A stretch of DNA of 64,000 nucleotides, taken from Octopus bimaculoides. Lineage: Eukaryota. The DNA is taken from contig NC_068981.1 in NCBI RefSeq assembly GCF_001194135.2, forward strand, positions 41,741,752-41,805,751, read 5' to 3'. A program made the translations under genes and the position numbers. The notes under the pieces were generated by a model, which was not told the origin of the DNA, searched no databases, and saw nothing but the letters and a program-made list of their open reading frames with translations. Positions 24,641 through 37,090 of this stretch are shown here, in pieces (position 1 is the stretch's first letter; each line of letters begins with the position of its first letter).

Positions 24641-26639
24641 CATGTTGTACATGGTATATGTTTTCAACTTCTGTTGTTTTTTTAGCATGCCGGACAAAAT
24701 GCTTAGCAGCATTTCGTCCGTCTTCTCGTTTTGAATTCAAATTCCTCCGAGATCGACTTTGTCTTTCATCCTTTCGGGGTCGATAAAATAAGTACCAGTT
24801 GAGCACTGAGTCGATGTAATCAACTAGCCCCTATTTCCTAAAGGATTTCAGGCTTTGTATATAAAAGACTATTAGCGCTGCAGTTGCTGCTGTAGTTGTT
24901 ATTGTTGTTATTGCAGATGTAGTTGCTGCTGCTGCTATTGTTGCAGCTGCCATTGTTATTTTTATTGCTGTGTTGGTATTGCTGCTTTTGATTTTTTTAA
25001 CACGGCTGTTATTTCAATTATTGTTTCCGATATCGTAACGTCTCTAGTGAAGCCGTATTAATTTTGTTGTATAAAAGTGCAATGTTGCTAAATTTGATTT
25101 TGTCCTTTTACTATTTCATTTTCATTTTCTGCCGGATTGAAAACTTTCTGTCTTACGTAATGCATTTACATGGGTTCTTTCCCTCCACTGCAATTCTTAT
25201 TTCTTTTTCCTCTCCCTTCTTTGAAGAGAGGAAATTCTGCTATATACAAGTTGCCATTCTGGATGTAATTAATATCTAGAATTCATGCACCACTCTAAAT
25301 CAGTTTTCTTGGGAGGATATTTTCACATCTATTACATTAGCGTATTCTTCCAGCAGCCTGACGAGTTAAAAAATGGTAAAACATCATAAATTGTGGCTCC
25401 GGCGTACAAGATCTTGTAGAGAATTGTCGATTCAGTTTAAATAAACTAGAATACTTGATAAAAGTTAAAACTGTTTTATTCAGATTCCCTATTGGTTAAT
25501 AAATCAAATTAAAAAATTGACCACGATAAAATGTATATATGACGCAAGGCTTGGATGTAGTTCGTTTTCATAAAATCTGCATTTTTTAAAAAAGGAAGTA
25601 AAAAATCTGAAAATCGGTTATATTGATGCAGTTTTCCACGCTTATTTCAGTGAATACATAAACTTGTGGAGAAAACATTTTCCGAAAAAGTTACAGACGT
25701 TTAAAAATCGAAAAAACTGTGGTTTTTTTTTTTTTTAGCCAATAGTGAAACAGAAATTTTCTGCGTTGTAGCGTTATCAACTTTAAGGTCGTACCTTGTG
25801 AAATTTATAGTTTAGCGTCTGTGAAACAGTTGAAACTCTGGCTATGTCCATCATGTGTCACACTGATTCTGTCCCAGAATTACATTAAAGCCACATATAT
25901 CTATGGAATACTCAGTCAAATTACACTATAATTAGATACTGGACATGTAATTAAAAGGTCTAGCCAAATCACACTGGGTTGTACTGCTCAGAGGTTTCCA
26001 ACTATCAGACAGATACCAATTGGATCTCCCAAATATGTTAGTGTTGACACAAAACAACCAGAGTGCTAATCCAGATTGATAAAGTTTTCGTTAGGCTAGT
26101 GGATAATGTAGGGTTTGTACAATATACTGATCAGCTACACAAACACACATTTGTATATATCGTAGTCGACTTAGATAGAACTCGATGGTATAGACCTGGT
26201 TACAGGAAGAAGAAAGTATCTTTCCCATTACACATAGACTAATGTAACAATCTAGTTATGCATCAGTTAAAGGGGAGATCGTTGACAACCGAAGAGGGTG
26301 ATTAGAGTAGAATCAATAACACTAAGCAAATCACATGCGATAGAAAAAATAGATTAACTAAAGAGCAAAGGAACAAACTAGAAGAGGTGATTAGGGAAAT
26401 CATAACAATTGATGTGCTAGCAGCGTGAATGGCCTTCAATCAAAACACGAAGACTGCACAAAGGTATGTGTGCAAAAGCAAAACAAGAATAAAACCCACT
26501 CAATGGACCTAGGTGGTGAAGGTATAACGTAGTAACAAAACCGCAATTTGGTCTTTCGTAGACTGAGATGAGTACATGCTACTCAGTTCCAAGCAAATGT
26601 GTGAAATTTCCAGTTGCCCCATTGTTCGGGAGTAGGTGA

Positions 26640-27000
26640 TGGATCGAAGACGGTAGCAGACTTCAGTATCTACCTTGACAACCAATCATGACTCAGCAGA
26701 AGACTGAGATGTGGTGGAAACCGTTGACACCAACTGAGATATGGGTGGTGATGAGCGAATGCATGAAGTGCAAACCGTTGATTTGGATGGTTTGCCATAC
26801 AAGCTTTATAAATACACGTCAGATTTATTTAGTGACCTCTTGGCAGACTTCGAGCATAACTGACAGCGGAGATTTAGTGCTGCAGAAAATGGATGCCAAT
26901 AAGTGGAATGTAATTGATAACTTCTGGCCCATAATTGTAGAATGCAGCGCTTAAAATTGTGGCCAAAGTAGTTAATGGACCAGTGGTTGACAAGGTCTGA
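26640..27000 (+). mobile_element. L1/Tx1-like RT relic
   Basis: Decayed 'DLDGLPYKLYK' (PGxDGLPYEFYK) and 'DNFWPI..NAALKIVAKV' (NxRPITLLNxDxKIxAK). Confidence 0.6.
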
Positions 27001-27460
27001 GAGATTTTTCTTTTGGTGGAATAACTTGGCAGTCACATTTCTTCAGGTTAATGTAAATATCTGGAGAGTGAAATATGTTAATATGTTTGATGAATATATG
27101 AACTAGCTCAGGTGCATTCTGTTTGACAGGAATTGAGAGTAGGGGTGACTGGAGAAATGTTCACACTTGGTAACAGTGTGCATTTGATGGTGAGCAGCAG
27201 AATTGAAAAGGGGGATTTAAGAATCTCCTGTTACGTGTAAGTTGAAAGCAAAACAAATATAAATGAGTGATATGATTTGCAGGAATGTTTCTTTCACAAC
27301 CCTCTTAATTGAACATTGATAAGTAGGATTCTGCAGTATTAGTAGGAAATCTTCTTGGTAAGAGATGAGAAAGCCCAGTTGTATTTTGGAGGATGAAAAT
27401 GCTTGTAAGAATTCCTTTTTTGTTATGTCTAATTTTTCATTTCAGTAGCTTAATCAGGAG
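27000..27460 (-). mobile_element. Old CR1-like LINE 3' fragment
   Basis: Composition and residual similarity to the 19240-19700 LINE 3' region; no clean motif. Confidence 0.3.
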
Positions 27461-27727
27461 TAAAGAATGAATCATGCCCATGACTTTTTACAGGACCTTG
27501 AAGTCTAATAATAAAAATGGAGCAGAACTCATGATTCATGGAGTTTGCTGTTGAGAGCAGCATATCAATACATCAAGTTATTTTCATACCAGAGGCTTGA
27601 ACTGAGTGCTCACAGTAAAGCTACTCTCCTAAACACACCCAAGAGCTAACTGATGGATTTAAGTGATTAAATGTACTAACCAAAAACAGCTAGAAACCAT
27701 TTGAAGGACTTCCAGTTTCTTCAAGAC

Positions 27728-27759
27728 TAGGGTTAGGGTTAGGGTTAGGGTTAGGGTTA
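27728..27759 (+). repeat. Interstitial telomeric repeat TAGGG(TTAGGG)4TTA
   Basis: Read directly. Confidence 0.95.
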
Positions 27760-28073
27760 AAGAACTTGGATTGATTCATAACTCAAAGCATGTGAATACT
27801 CATGACCAAGATGCCCTGCAATGGGATCACTTCTAGAAACATTGATTGCAAAGCTAACTCTATCAGAATGAAGACTACACCAGTATCCATAAATGCCTTG
27901 CAGTTGGTGATGAGGAGCGATTTCCTTCAGTGACATGAGCAGCATTCTTTGCATATACAACTGCAGCACAGATAAATGTGAACCATTGCAGATTTGGGGA
28001 AATGTTGACTTTGGTTCTACAGGGAATGTAGTGAGACATACCAAGGACATTATCAGTGATCTGCTTAGCTGCC

Positions 28074-28409
28074 TTAACCCTTTAGCATTCAAATTACTCT
28101 ATCAAATGTAGTACATTATCTCATAGTTTCAAAATTTCAATGATGTGACTCTTTTACTCTTTTACTTGTTTCAGTCATTTGACTGTGGCCATGTTGGAGC
28201 ACCACCTTTAGTCAAGCAAATTGACCCCAGGACTTATTCTTTGTAAGCCTAGTACTTATTCTATCGGTCTCTTTTGCTGAACTGCTACGTTACTGTTTAT
28301 TTTTAGAATATCATAAGGTAGATGTAAGAGGCAGGATCTGGCCACTTTGAACATAAAACAGGGAGACGATGTTCACCAGATATGGCTGGTTTAAATGCAA
28401 AAAGGTTAA
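28074..28409. mobile_element. piggyBac-type MITE (TTAA-CCC...GG-TTAA) with a nested SINE 3' half
   Basis: TTAA at 28074-77 and 28406-09; body is the reverse complement of the copy at 44862-45082; SINE fragment inserted at 28149-28292. Confidence 0.75.
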
Positions 28410-28579
28410 GTGGGCCAGAAGTGGTCTACACTTGCTATTAAGAATAGGTACTGTAAAACTAGTATATCACCAACTCCATTTCATCAAGTATAGCCCTCCC
28501 TCTGGTTAGTTTGCATGGTTACTAGTGACAGTTGAGTTAATCAAGATTTAGACATCAACATTTAAATGATTTAATGGTC

Positions 28580-28844
28580 ATTAATTGAAGATTTTGATTT
28601 TTCAAAATGATTTCATAACCATTTCATTACTATATTTCTGCTGAAATATACTCCCTTGGTTTCAGTTAATTTTTTAAATAATTAGGAATTTAATAAAATA
28701 CTTTTGTAATTATTAAGCTGATGCTTGGAACTTAAGTTAGCATGAAATTTTGATGGAAGATTTTAATTTAGACCATTTTAAAACTGGATGTTTGTATCCT
28801 AGAACTAGGGGCAGTCTCAGGCAGGTTGGTAATAAAAGGGTTAA
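28580..28844. mobile_element. Second TTAA-type MITE family (partial copy also at ~49850-49977)
   Basis: Ends AAAAGGGTTAA; shares 'aaattttgatggaagatt' with the 49850-49977 copy. Confidence 0.55.
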
Positions 28845-28889
28845 GCACAAAGGGATTACTTTTTGGCAAAATGATGAATAAAAATGTTA

Positions 28890-28965
28890 ATTTTCATAAT
28901 AAAAATATTTTGATGTTTATTTTTCATAATAAAAATATTTTGATGTTTATTTTTCATAATAAAAT
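28890..28965. repeat. 30-bp tandem duplication (x2.5) in the RPAP1 3' flank
   Basis: Unit ttttcataataaaaatattttgatgtttat. Confidence 0.9.
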
Positions 28966-29101
28966 ACTTCATAACTTCACAAAAAATTGTTCTGTTTATT
29001 GTATTCAAACTCTAGTTACAAATTTTTTTTAATGTAACAAATTTATTATCAGTAAATCATAGGTCCACTGGATTAAAGTAGACCTGGGGCTAAACAACAA
29101 C

Positions 29102-32100
29102 TCAACAGTATTTTTCTAAGAGAGACTTACGATTATGTGGCAGATTTTGATAAAGTTCAATATGATGATTTGAAGTTGCATTATACATTTTATAATGTAA
29201 CAGATGTTCTTTCAGTTGACTATTGCTGCATTTCAGAACATGACTAAACATAAACTGCCTCAGATTATCTTCATATCCATCTTGCCGGAACATGAATCTA
29301 TTACAGTGATGTACAGTAATAAGATATAACACTGGGCACCACTTTTCTGAGACTGACTCTCTTAAGAGAGCCAAAATTAACAGTTTCAAAAGTTCAGGAT
29401 TTGTTTCTTCAGGAACAAGGTATCGATGAATTGGTATAAGATGGTCTTGTATTGAGACTCTCAGTGTGCGCAGCACAGTGCTGTTCTCTTCCCAAATAGC
29501 TTTACGCAAGAAGACATTGTGCATTTGTTGCAATGGAAGGAGCAGGTAGCTCCCAAAAACAAAGTCACCAAATGATACAGATGTGTACTGCTTAAGAAAT
29601 TCAATGAAAAAGTCATAAAATGAATAAAGACCAGGGATTGACTCATCAAAGTTCATACTGTCCAATATATTTTCTTTGCTGTAAATTCGCATCAAACCAG
29701 CCAAATAGGAACGGACAACAGGTTCAAGAAAAATATTGTTATCTGTAAGATAGACACACATCAGTCGTGATATTTTAAGAGAAGCTGATAAACCATCCAT
29801 GATAGACGGTCGCTGTGTCTCAAGCAAGTATATGAACTTTAAAGCATGTGTAATTTTATTAATTTGCTGTGGACTACATTGTTCGTGTTCATTTTCTGGT
29901 AAGGAATTAGAAAGACTGTATTGATGAACAAGGGGCATAAATATCCAGTCACGGGGTAATAAGGTTTCTCCTAATTTACCTACAAGAAAACTGTGAATTT
30001 CTTCCACATATGCAAAACACTGAGCTTTTGAATGCAACACAGCAGACTCCTTTTGAGAAAATGAGGACAAATAATTAGCACGGATGTCCTTTAAAGATGA
30101 GATGCTGTGCTGCAAAAGTTTGAATTTGATGTCTTCAGTTAACTGGCTGTTAGAACATACCATACCACTGCCGTCAGATATACTTAAACAAGACAACTGG
30201 TGAGTAGAAGAATCCACATCAGAACCTAATGCTATAAAGTTTCTATTAAAAATCAATGATGATAGAAGATCATGAGCAAAGTGTTCATCTCCATCATGTA
30301 ACCTGGTAAGTAAGAGCAGGGAAAGTTGATGACACAATAAAAAGTATGGTGTGTCAACTTCATTGAAGGTTGACATTGAAATTGTCCTCAGCAGAAAATA
30401 TTGACAGTGGTTTTCAAATCTGGTAAAATAATTGTGCTGGAATGTAGTGGCAGTAGGTTTTGTCTTAACAACAGCTGTCATATAACTTCTTATATCAGGA
30501 TCATTGACAATTAAACCAGAAAATTTGTCAGCCAAACCTTTGTGAAGAGAACCAATGACACTGAAAAGGCGAAATAATGCTGTGACAAAACCAAAAGGAG
30601 TACTAATGACAAGAATTGGTAATGTTTTGGAATCATCAATAAGATTCTGACATCCCAAGTCAAGTAAATTTTTAGGCTGCTTTGTCTTCAACAATATCTG
30701 ATGATTCAATATATTAGAATGAGAAGAAAGAGATGCAATGATACTCCGGAAACCTAATGTTGACCAAAGTGGGAAAATTACAGAATTGCATAGCTGTTCT
30801 AAGTGGGTGAGAATATTAGTGACATTAGAATCAGATTGTTGAGGACATATTTCATAAAAAGATGCTACAAAATTGATGACAGAAGTTGCTAAATTGAGAG
30901 AGAATTTTTTTAAATGATACTTTTCAGAAATATTCTGTAATAAAGATTGAAACAAAATTTCCAGTGTATCAATCAAACTCAAGACTTGAGTCCAGTGAAG
31001 ACTAGGAACTATTAAACTTTCAATTTTATAAGGCTCTTGTGAATCTTTCTGCCTTTTACATGCAGCTAATTTTTGGTGATATCTAGAATGAGCCCCAGCT
31101 AGTTGTACAGCAGATTCCAAAACACCTAAAATTGCAGATTCTCGCAGAAATGGAGTATTTGTTGTATTATGATATTGTGCTAAAATAATATGAATATTGG
31201 TTACTAGTTGTGGATAAAACTCAGAATAATAATGTCCAGTGAGTCCATAAGAAAGACACACTTGCCATATATTATAACACACAGTTTGTAATTCATCTGC
31301 TACATTCTCTGAAAGATTCATTTCAGAAGGCTGTGGGGCAATGTACAACAGCAATTTGTCCATAAGCTTATATTTAGTAACAATATCAGTTGCCATGCTT
31401 CTCCCAGCTTGACAGAGAACTTTTATTAGCTTTAGAGTGCTAATAATTGAGGAAACAGTTTTATCATCAGTAGAGCAAACTGAAGGTAAAAGCTCTTTAA
31501 AAATGAATTCCATCAGTCTTGGACATTTATAAACATTATATGCGTCTTGTTTTGAATGATGAGAAATTCTAGATAAAATTTCTAGAATACACTTGATGGA
31601 CTCTGGAGAAATATCCCAAACTTCAAGCAGAAAACGCAGACGAGGGAGCAAATTCATACGATTGACAAGAGCCCTCACAACATCTGCTTGTACTTCATCA
31701 GCATCTGTTACTTCTACTGTTTCAAGAAAATCTAACTTTTCCTTTGCTGCATTAGAGGTTTCTTCAGCAACTTGGTGAGCAGCCACCTCCCTTCCTCTAT
31801 ACCAACAGAATGTAAACTGCAAACTGTTTTCATCTGCACTATTGGTCAAAAGAGCATGGAGACAAAAGACTGCAGAAATGAGGACAGTTGTGATTTTATC
31901 ATCAAGAGCCCACCTGAGAAGGAATACTATTCCTGCATTAATAACAGAAGGAATGATAGCACCTTCAATACTTTCCTCAAACATGCCACTTTTTGCATTA
32001 GTAATGATGCAACCTAATGTTTTTAAAGCAAATGTACGTTGTTGTGAGTTAAGACTACGACAAAGATGAAAAAGTTCATCAAGAGTGTAACCAGCACGTT

Positions 32101-32921
32101 CTGCTTCTTCTCCATGGTGATGAAGACCTAAATCAACAGGTATCTCAGCATCTTCAGGAATAATAAAACCTTGAAAGTCAAACCGAGCTGGTTTCCCTTT
32201 TGTACTACGGGCATTAACAGGAGGTAAATCCTTCATCCAAGCCAATTTTTCATATTCAACATTGTCCATATGTACAAGTTGGCTGTCAGGTTTCACAGGA
32301 AGTTCGTCTTTACTTAATTTGTGCACAAGTTTCAATTCAGATTTATCTGAATCATCTTTATTCTCAATGGATGTGGAAGTAGTCTCAGAATCAAGATTTT
32401 CAGATTTTCTAGTTTTTAAGAAGTTAATCAAACTTGGATCTAACATAGAAAGAAGCTTTTGCCGTTCCATCAAAATCTCTTTTTCTGTCATACCAGAAAG
32501 CTTATTTACATTTTCTGCATGAATTGCCTTTGCCTCCTTCTCAGCATTGCTGGCACTTAATCCAAAACCAGTAACAATGCTCTGATGAGAGGTATAACTA
32601 GATTCTAGATTACACTTGGTGGAAGCTGTTCCATAGATAGGTTTATTAGAGATACTGAAATCACTGCATGGCTGTTGTGCAAACTGCTGAGCAAATAAAC
32701 TTTTTTTCTTCGCTTGTGGTGCTGAAGTAGAATCAAATTTCTTTCCAATCTGAAGACTTGGAGCTTTTGGAAATCCATCAAGGGAAAACGGTTTGTCATA
32801 GCTAACATAATGTTTAGTATCTCTTTCAATGATGCTGCTCAATACTCTAGCAACACTACCTTTATCCAAGTTGGTATCTCCAGCAACAGTGGCCTGATTT
32901 GGTTTGGTATCATTAGTAAAG
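29102..32921 (-). CDS. RPAP1: RNA polymerase II-associated protein 1, single 3,820-nt coding exon (N-terminus missing)
   Basis: Open frame of ~1270 codons with IIERDT, KKSLFAQQF, RPAP1_N-type 'IHAENVNKLSGMTEKEILMERQKLLSMLDPSLINFL' and RPAP1_C-type 'RFDFQG...GLHHHGEEAERAGYTLDELFHL'. Polypyrimidine AG acceptor at 32923-22 (phase 2). In-frame TAA further upstream with no ATG, so the TTG start in the ORF track is not the true start. Confidence 0.95.
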
Positions 32922-33360
32922 CTAAAAAATACAAAATAAATTACTGTATTATTTAACCTATATTATTGGGAGATTATTTTTTCTTTTAATTATTTAAAGA
33001 TACTATACTGATATAAGGAAGTAGTTAATTAACTCTCTCAGAGGGAACAGAGTAGGATTCAATGTATAGCAAGAACAAAATTATACTCCTGAATATTTCT
33101 TTCCTAAGATATGAAGGATACAAACAATCACAACTATCCAATTAGTGGATAGTCTTTATCAGCATTACTTGTCCCAGACAAAAATGAAACAGTAAGAAAA
33201 AATACAAGATGTTAATCATGCCTCATCAACACATACAAAAATTGGGATTAGTTCTGATAAGAGGGATTAGTTCTGATTTAATTGATGTGCAGGATGTTTT
33301 TCCATGAGAATCTTATATCAAAGTACCAATGAAAAGAACATATATATACATACTATATAT

Positions 33361-34780
33361 ATCATCATCATCATCATCATCATCGTTTAACGTCCGCTTT
33401 CCATGCTAGCATGGGTTGGACGATTTGACTGAGGACTGGTGAAACCGGATGGCAACACCAGGCTCCAGTCTGATTTGGCAGAGTTTCTACAGCTGGATGC
33501 CCTTCCTAACGCCAACCACTCAGAGAGTGTAGTGGGTGCTTTTACGTGTCACCCGCACGAAAACGGCCACGCTCGAAATGGTGTCTTTTATGTGCCACCC
33601 GCACAAGCNNNNNNNNNNNNNNNNNNNNNNNNNNNNNNNNNNNNNNNNNNNNNNNNNNNNNNNNNNNNNNNNNNNNNNNNNNNNNNNNNNNNCTAAAACC
33701 AAAGTCCTAATAAGTAGGAAGGTAGACAAAACACAAACCCCTTCAGGTAGATGGCCCTGCTCGATCTGTAGAAAAGGCGTAGGTAGAAACTCTATAAGAT
33801 GTACCCATTGCAAGCTATGGACACATAAGAGGTGCAGCAATATCAAAGGAAGATTAACTAGGAAGTTAGTTTTTGTATGTGGCAGATGTTCAGGAGCAAT
33901 AAACACTGAAAATGTGCAGAAAACAACTTTGACTACATTCCAGGGAGAAAAACTAGACTTAGTTGATAGCTTCCACTATCTAGGTGACCAAGTTAGTAGT
34001 GGGGGAGGGTGTGCTGAAAGTGTAGCTGCTAGAATAAGAATAGCCTGGGCAAAGTTCAGAGAGTTCTTACCTCTGCTGGTGACAAGGGGGCGTCACACTC
34101 AGAGTAAAAGGCAGTATGTATGACGCATGTGTACGAACAGCCATGCTACATGGCAGTGAAACATGGACCATGACTGCTGAGGACATGTGTAGGCTCGCAA
34201 GGAATGAAGCCAGTATGCTCCGATGGATGTGTAATGTCAGTGTGCATACTAGACAGAGTGTAAGTACCTTGAGAGAAAAGTTGAACCTAAGAAACATCAG
34301 TTGTGGTGTGCAAGAGATAGGATTGCGCTGGTATGGTCATGTGGCGAGAATGGATGAGGATAGCTGTGTGAAAAAGTGCCACACCCTAACAGTTGAAGGA
34401 ACCTGTGGAAGAGGTAGGTCCAGGAAGACTTGGGAAGAGGTAGGTCCAGGAAGACTTGGGATGAGGTGGTGTGGCACGACCTTCGGACATTGGGCCTCAC
34501 CGAGGCAATGACTTCTGACTGAGACCTTTGGAAATATGCTGTGCGTGAGAAGACCCGGCAAGCCAAGTGAGACCTCTATCCAAGGCCTTTACCAGGGGTG
34601 TAGCCAGCCCACTTATGCGTACTTTTCCTTCTTTGGATACAAAACCGTGCTTGTGAAGACCTGTTGAGGCAAGTGAAATCGAAATCGAAATCAAAATTGA
34701 ACCAAATTCAACGACTGGCACCCATGCCAACCTTCCTTCATTGGAAAACTAAACTCAGCTTGCAAAGACTTGTTGGGGTG
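33361..34780. mobile_element. RTE-clade LINE fragment with internal inversion
   Basis: 33361-33608 is the (GAT)n tail plus distal 3'UTR on the minus strand. 33693-34560 is the RT C-terminal ORF on the plus strand (KTKVL..., VDSFHYLG, RIRIAWAKFRE, YDACVRTAMLHGSETW, LRWYGHVARM, RGRSRKTW), followed by the proximal 3'UTR. Confidence 0.92.
33609..33692. other. Assembly gap (84 N) at the RTE inversion junction; 10-N gaps also at 35000-35009 and 41279-41288
   Basis: N runs. Confidence 1.
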
Positions 34781-35159
34781 AGTGAGATCTAAGAGCGCGT
34801 TCTGCTTCATCTTCGAAACGCCTAGTTTAGAATAGAGGCAGCTGATGAAGGAAAAGTTCCATAAGTGGTTCGTCTGTTTTCCTATGTGTTCGTTCTATTG
34901 TCCGTAAAAAAAGTCCGTTTTTGTGCTTTATGTTCCCGTTCCTTTTTTGACGTCCTGTACCCGGATATGCATCTATATATACATGTAGATGTAGGTATGN
35001 NNNNNNNNNTCCTGTACCTGGATATGCATCTATATATACATGTAGATGTAGGTATGTACATATATGTATGTATACATGCATATGCTCATATATCATTTGT
35101 ATTATATATATATAGACAGAGGAGATAACCACCTCATGAGCAATGCTGGAAAACCACTG

Positions 35160-35400
35160 GTCTAGATTCGAGCCGGCAGAAACGTTAGCACGCCAGGCGA
35201 AATGCCTAGCGGTATTTCATCTGCTGTTACGTTCCGAGTTCAAATTCTGTCGAGGTCGACTTTGCCTTTCATCCTTTCGGGGTCGATAAATTAAGTACCA
35301 GTTACGCACTGGGGGTCGATGTAATCGATTTAATCCCTTTGTCTGTCCTTGTTTGTCCCTTCTATGTTTAGCCCCTTGTGGGCAATAAAGACATAAAATT
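35160..35400 (+). mobile_element. SINE family B, young CpG-intact copy
   Basis: Full head, core and tail (...gccccttgtgggcaataaag). Confidence 0.9.
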
Positions 35401-36244
35401 AGTTTTGTCTGTTAATCGCAGACTTATTGGCAGTGTCTATCCCCATTGTTTGGATGGTTCAACTGAAACCCCGTCAGTATATATATTTACCATATAAATT
35501 TATGGCAAGTTTAACAAAATGCTAATGTGTATACTAAAATTAATATAAGTAGCTGTGCACAATATAAAACTATAAAGGAAAAATTTAATCATCACTAATT
35601 GTGAAAGATTAAGAGTAGTGCTCTTCTTAAGACAAATTATGATTCTTTTAACAAACTTGTATCGAATAAAACAAAAACATGTTCATAGTTGTTGCTGTTA
35701 GCCAAAGATGTGACTCATTGCCTACTGCAGATTTCTCCATGCTATATCTATAATATTCATGGCTGGGAAGTATGATTTTTAAAAGTACATCTGTGTAGTT
35801 CTGAGAAAAATCAATATTTCTATTGTATTCATCCATTTTTTGGAAGAGTACTTGTCTGAAAGCAATAGTAGAAAACATTTGCACTGATGTACCAAACCTA
35901 AAATTATATGACTACAATGCAGGCTTCTCTACTATAAAACCATGCCTGTGACTATGTGTGCATATGCATTTCTCTTATTTTCCATCCAAAGTTGAGTATT
36001 TTATACCAGACAAAAAAAAAAAAAAAAAAAAAAGAGAGAGAAGTCTATAGTACTACGTTGTTTAGTAGATTTATAATCAAAGTCATTTCAAGCAGTGAGA
36101 CTTAAGAGGAAATGTGACTGCTATTTCTATCATGCAAGTAACTATGTGGAAGCCAACTCCTTGTTATATTTAGTTTTGAAATGTATTTAGACCATACAAC
36201 TAAACATCAAAAAATTGTTTAGACATATTCATTCCACTTGAATT

Positions 36245-36530
36245 CATCATCATTTAACGTCTGTTGTCCATGCTGGCATGGGTTGGACAGTTTGACCAGT
36301 GCTGGTAAGCTGGAAGGCAGAACCAGACTCCTGTCTGATTTGGCATGGCTTTTTTACAGCTGAATGCCCTTCTTAAAGCCAATTACTCTGAGAGTGTAAT
36401 GGGTGCTTTTACATGTCATTAGTATTTGTCACGACTGTGATTTTGCTTGGCTTGATGGGTCTTCTTCTCCAGCACAACATAATGCCAAAGATCTCGGTCA
36501 TTGCCTCTGTGAGGCCCAATAACAAAACAA
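36245..36530 (-). repeat. RTE 3'UTR/tail copy
   Basis: (CAT)n-tttaacgtc...catgctggcatgggttggac...gaatgcccttc. Confidence 0.85.
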
Positions 36531-36884
36531 TAAAATAATTCAACAATATTATCTTTGACCCACTTCTTTCTACATCTGCCTTTTTAATTGATTGTAATAT
36601 TTTTAAGCAACATTTCACAAACGTTAGATAGAATGATCTTTTACTCTTTCACAGTCCTCATAAATATCTAATTATTTATGCAATTTAAAGAAGTGATAAT
36701 TTCTGCTTGCAAAACACCATTTTATCTCTTAAAGTGCTTCAGGAAGAACAACTCTTCCTAAGTATTTTTCTATACAGACACTAAGTAATCCATCTTCCAG
36801 GGTTTTTTTTTCTGTGTTGATTTTTTTCATACTAGTGATGATTCCTAGTCTCGTGATGGCTTACCTATTTAAAAAATTAATTCA

Positions 36885-37090
36885 TCATCATCATCATCGT
36901 TTAACGTCCGCTTTCCATGCTAGCATGGGTTGGACGATTTGACTGAGGACTGGTGCAACCGGATGGCTACACCAGGCTCCAAACTAATTTGGCAGAGTTT
37001 CTACAGCTGGATGCCCTTCCTAACGCCAACCACTCAGAGAGTGTAGTGGGTGCTTTTACGTGTCACCCGCACGAAAACGGCCATGCTCAT
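36885..37090 (-). repeat. Young RTE 3'UTR/tail copy
   Basis: Nearly identical to 33361-33570. Confidence 0.92.

Noticed and set aside
34800-34860. GAAAC...CTGATGA as an intact hammerhead
   Set aside because: No NUH or stem I and only a 2-3 bp stem II.
34950-35060. ~46-bp direct repeat flanking a 10-N gap
   Set aside because: Typical unmerged contig overlap; assembly artefact.
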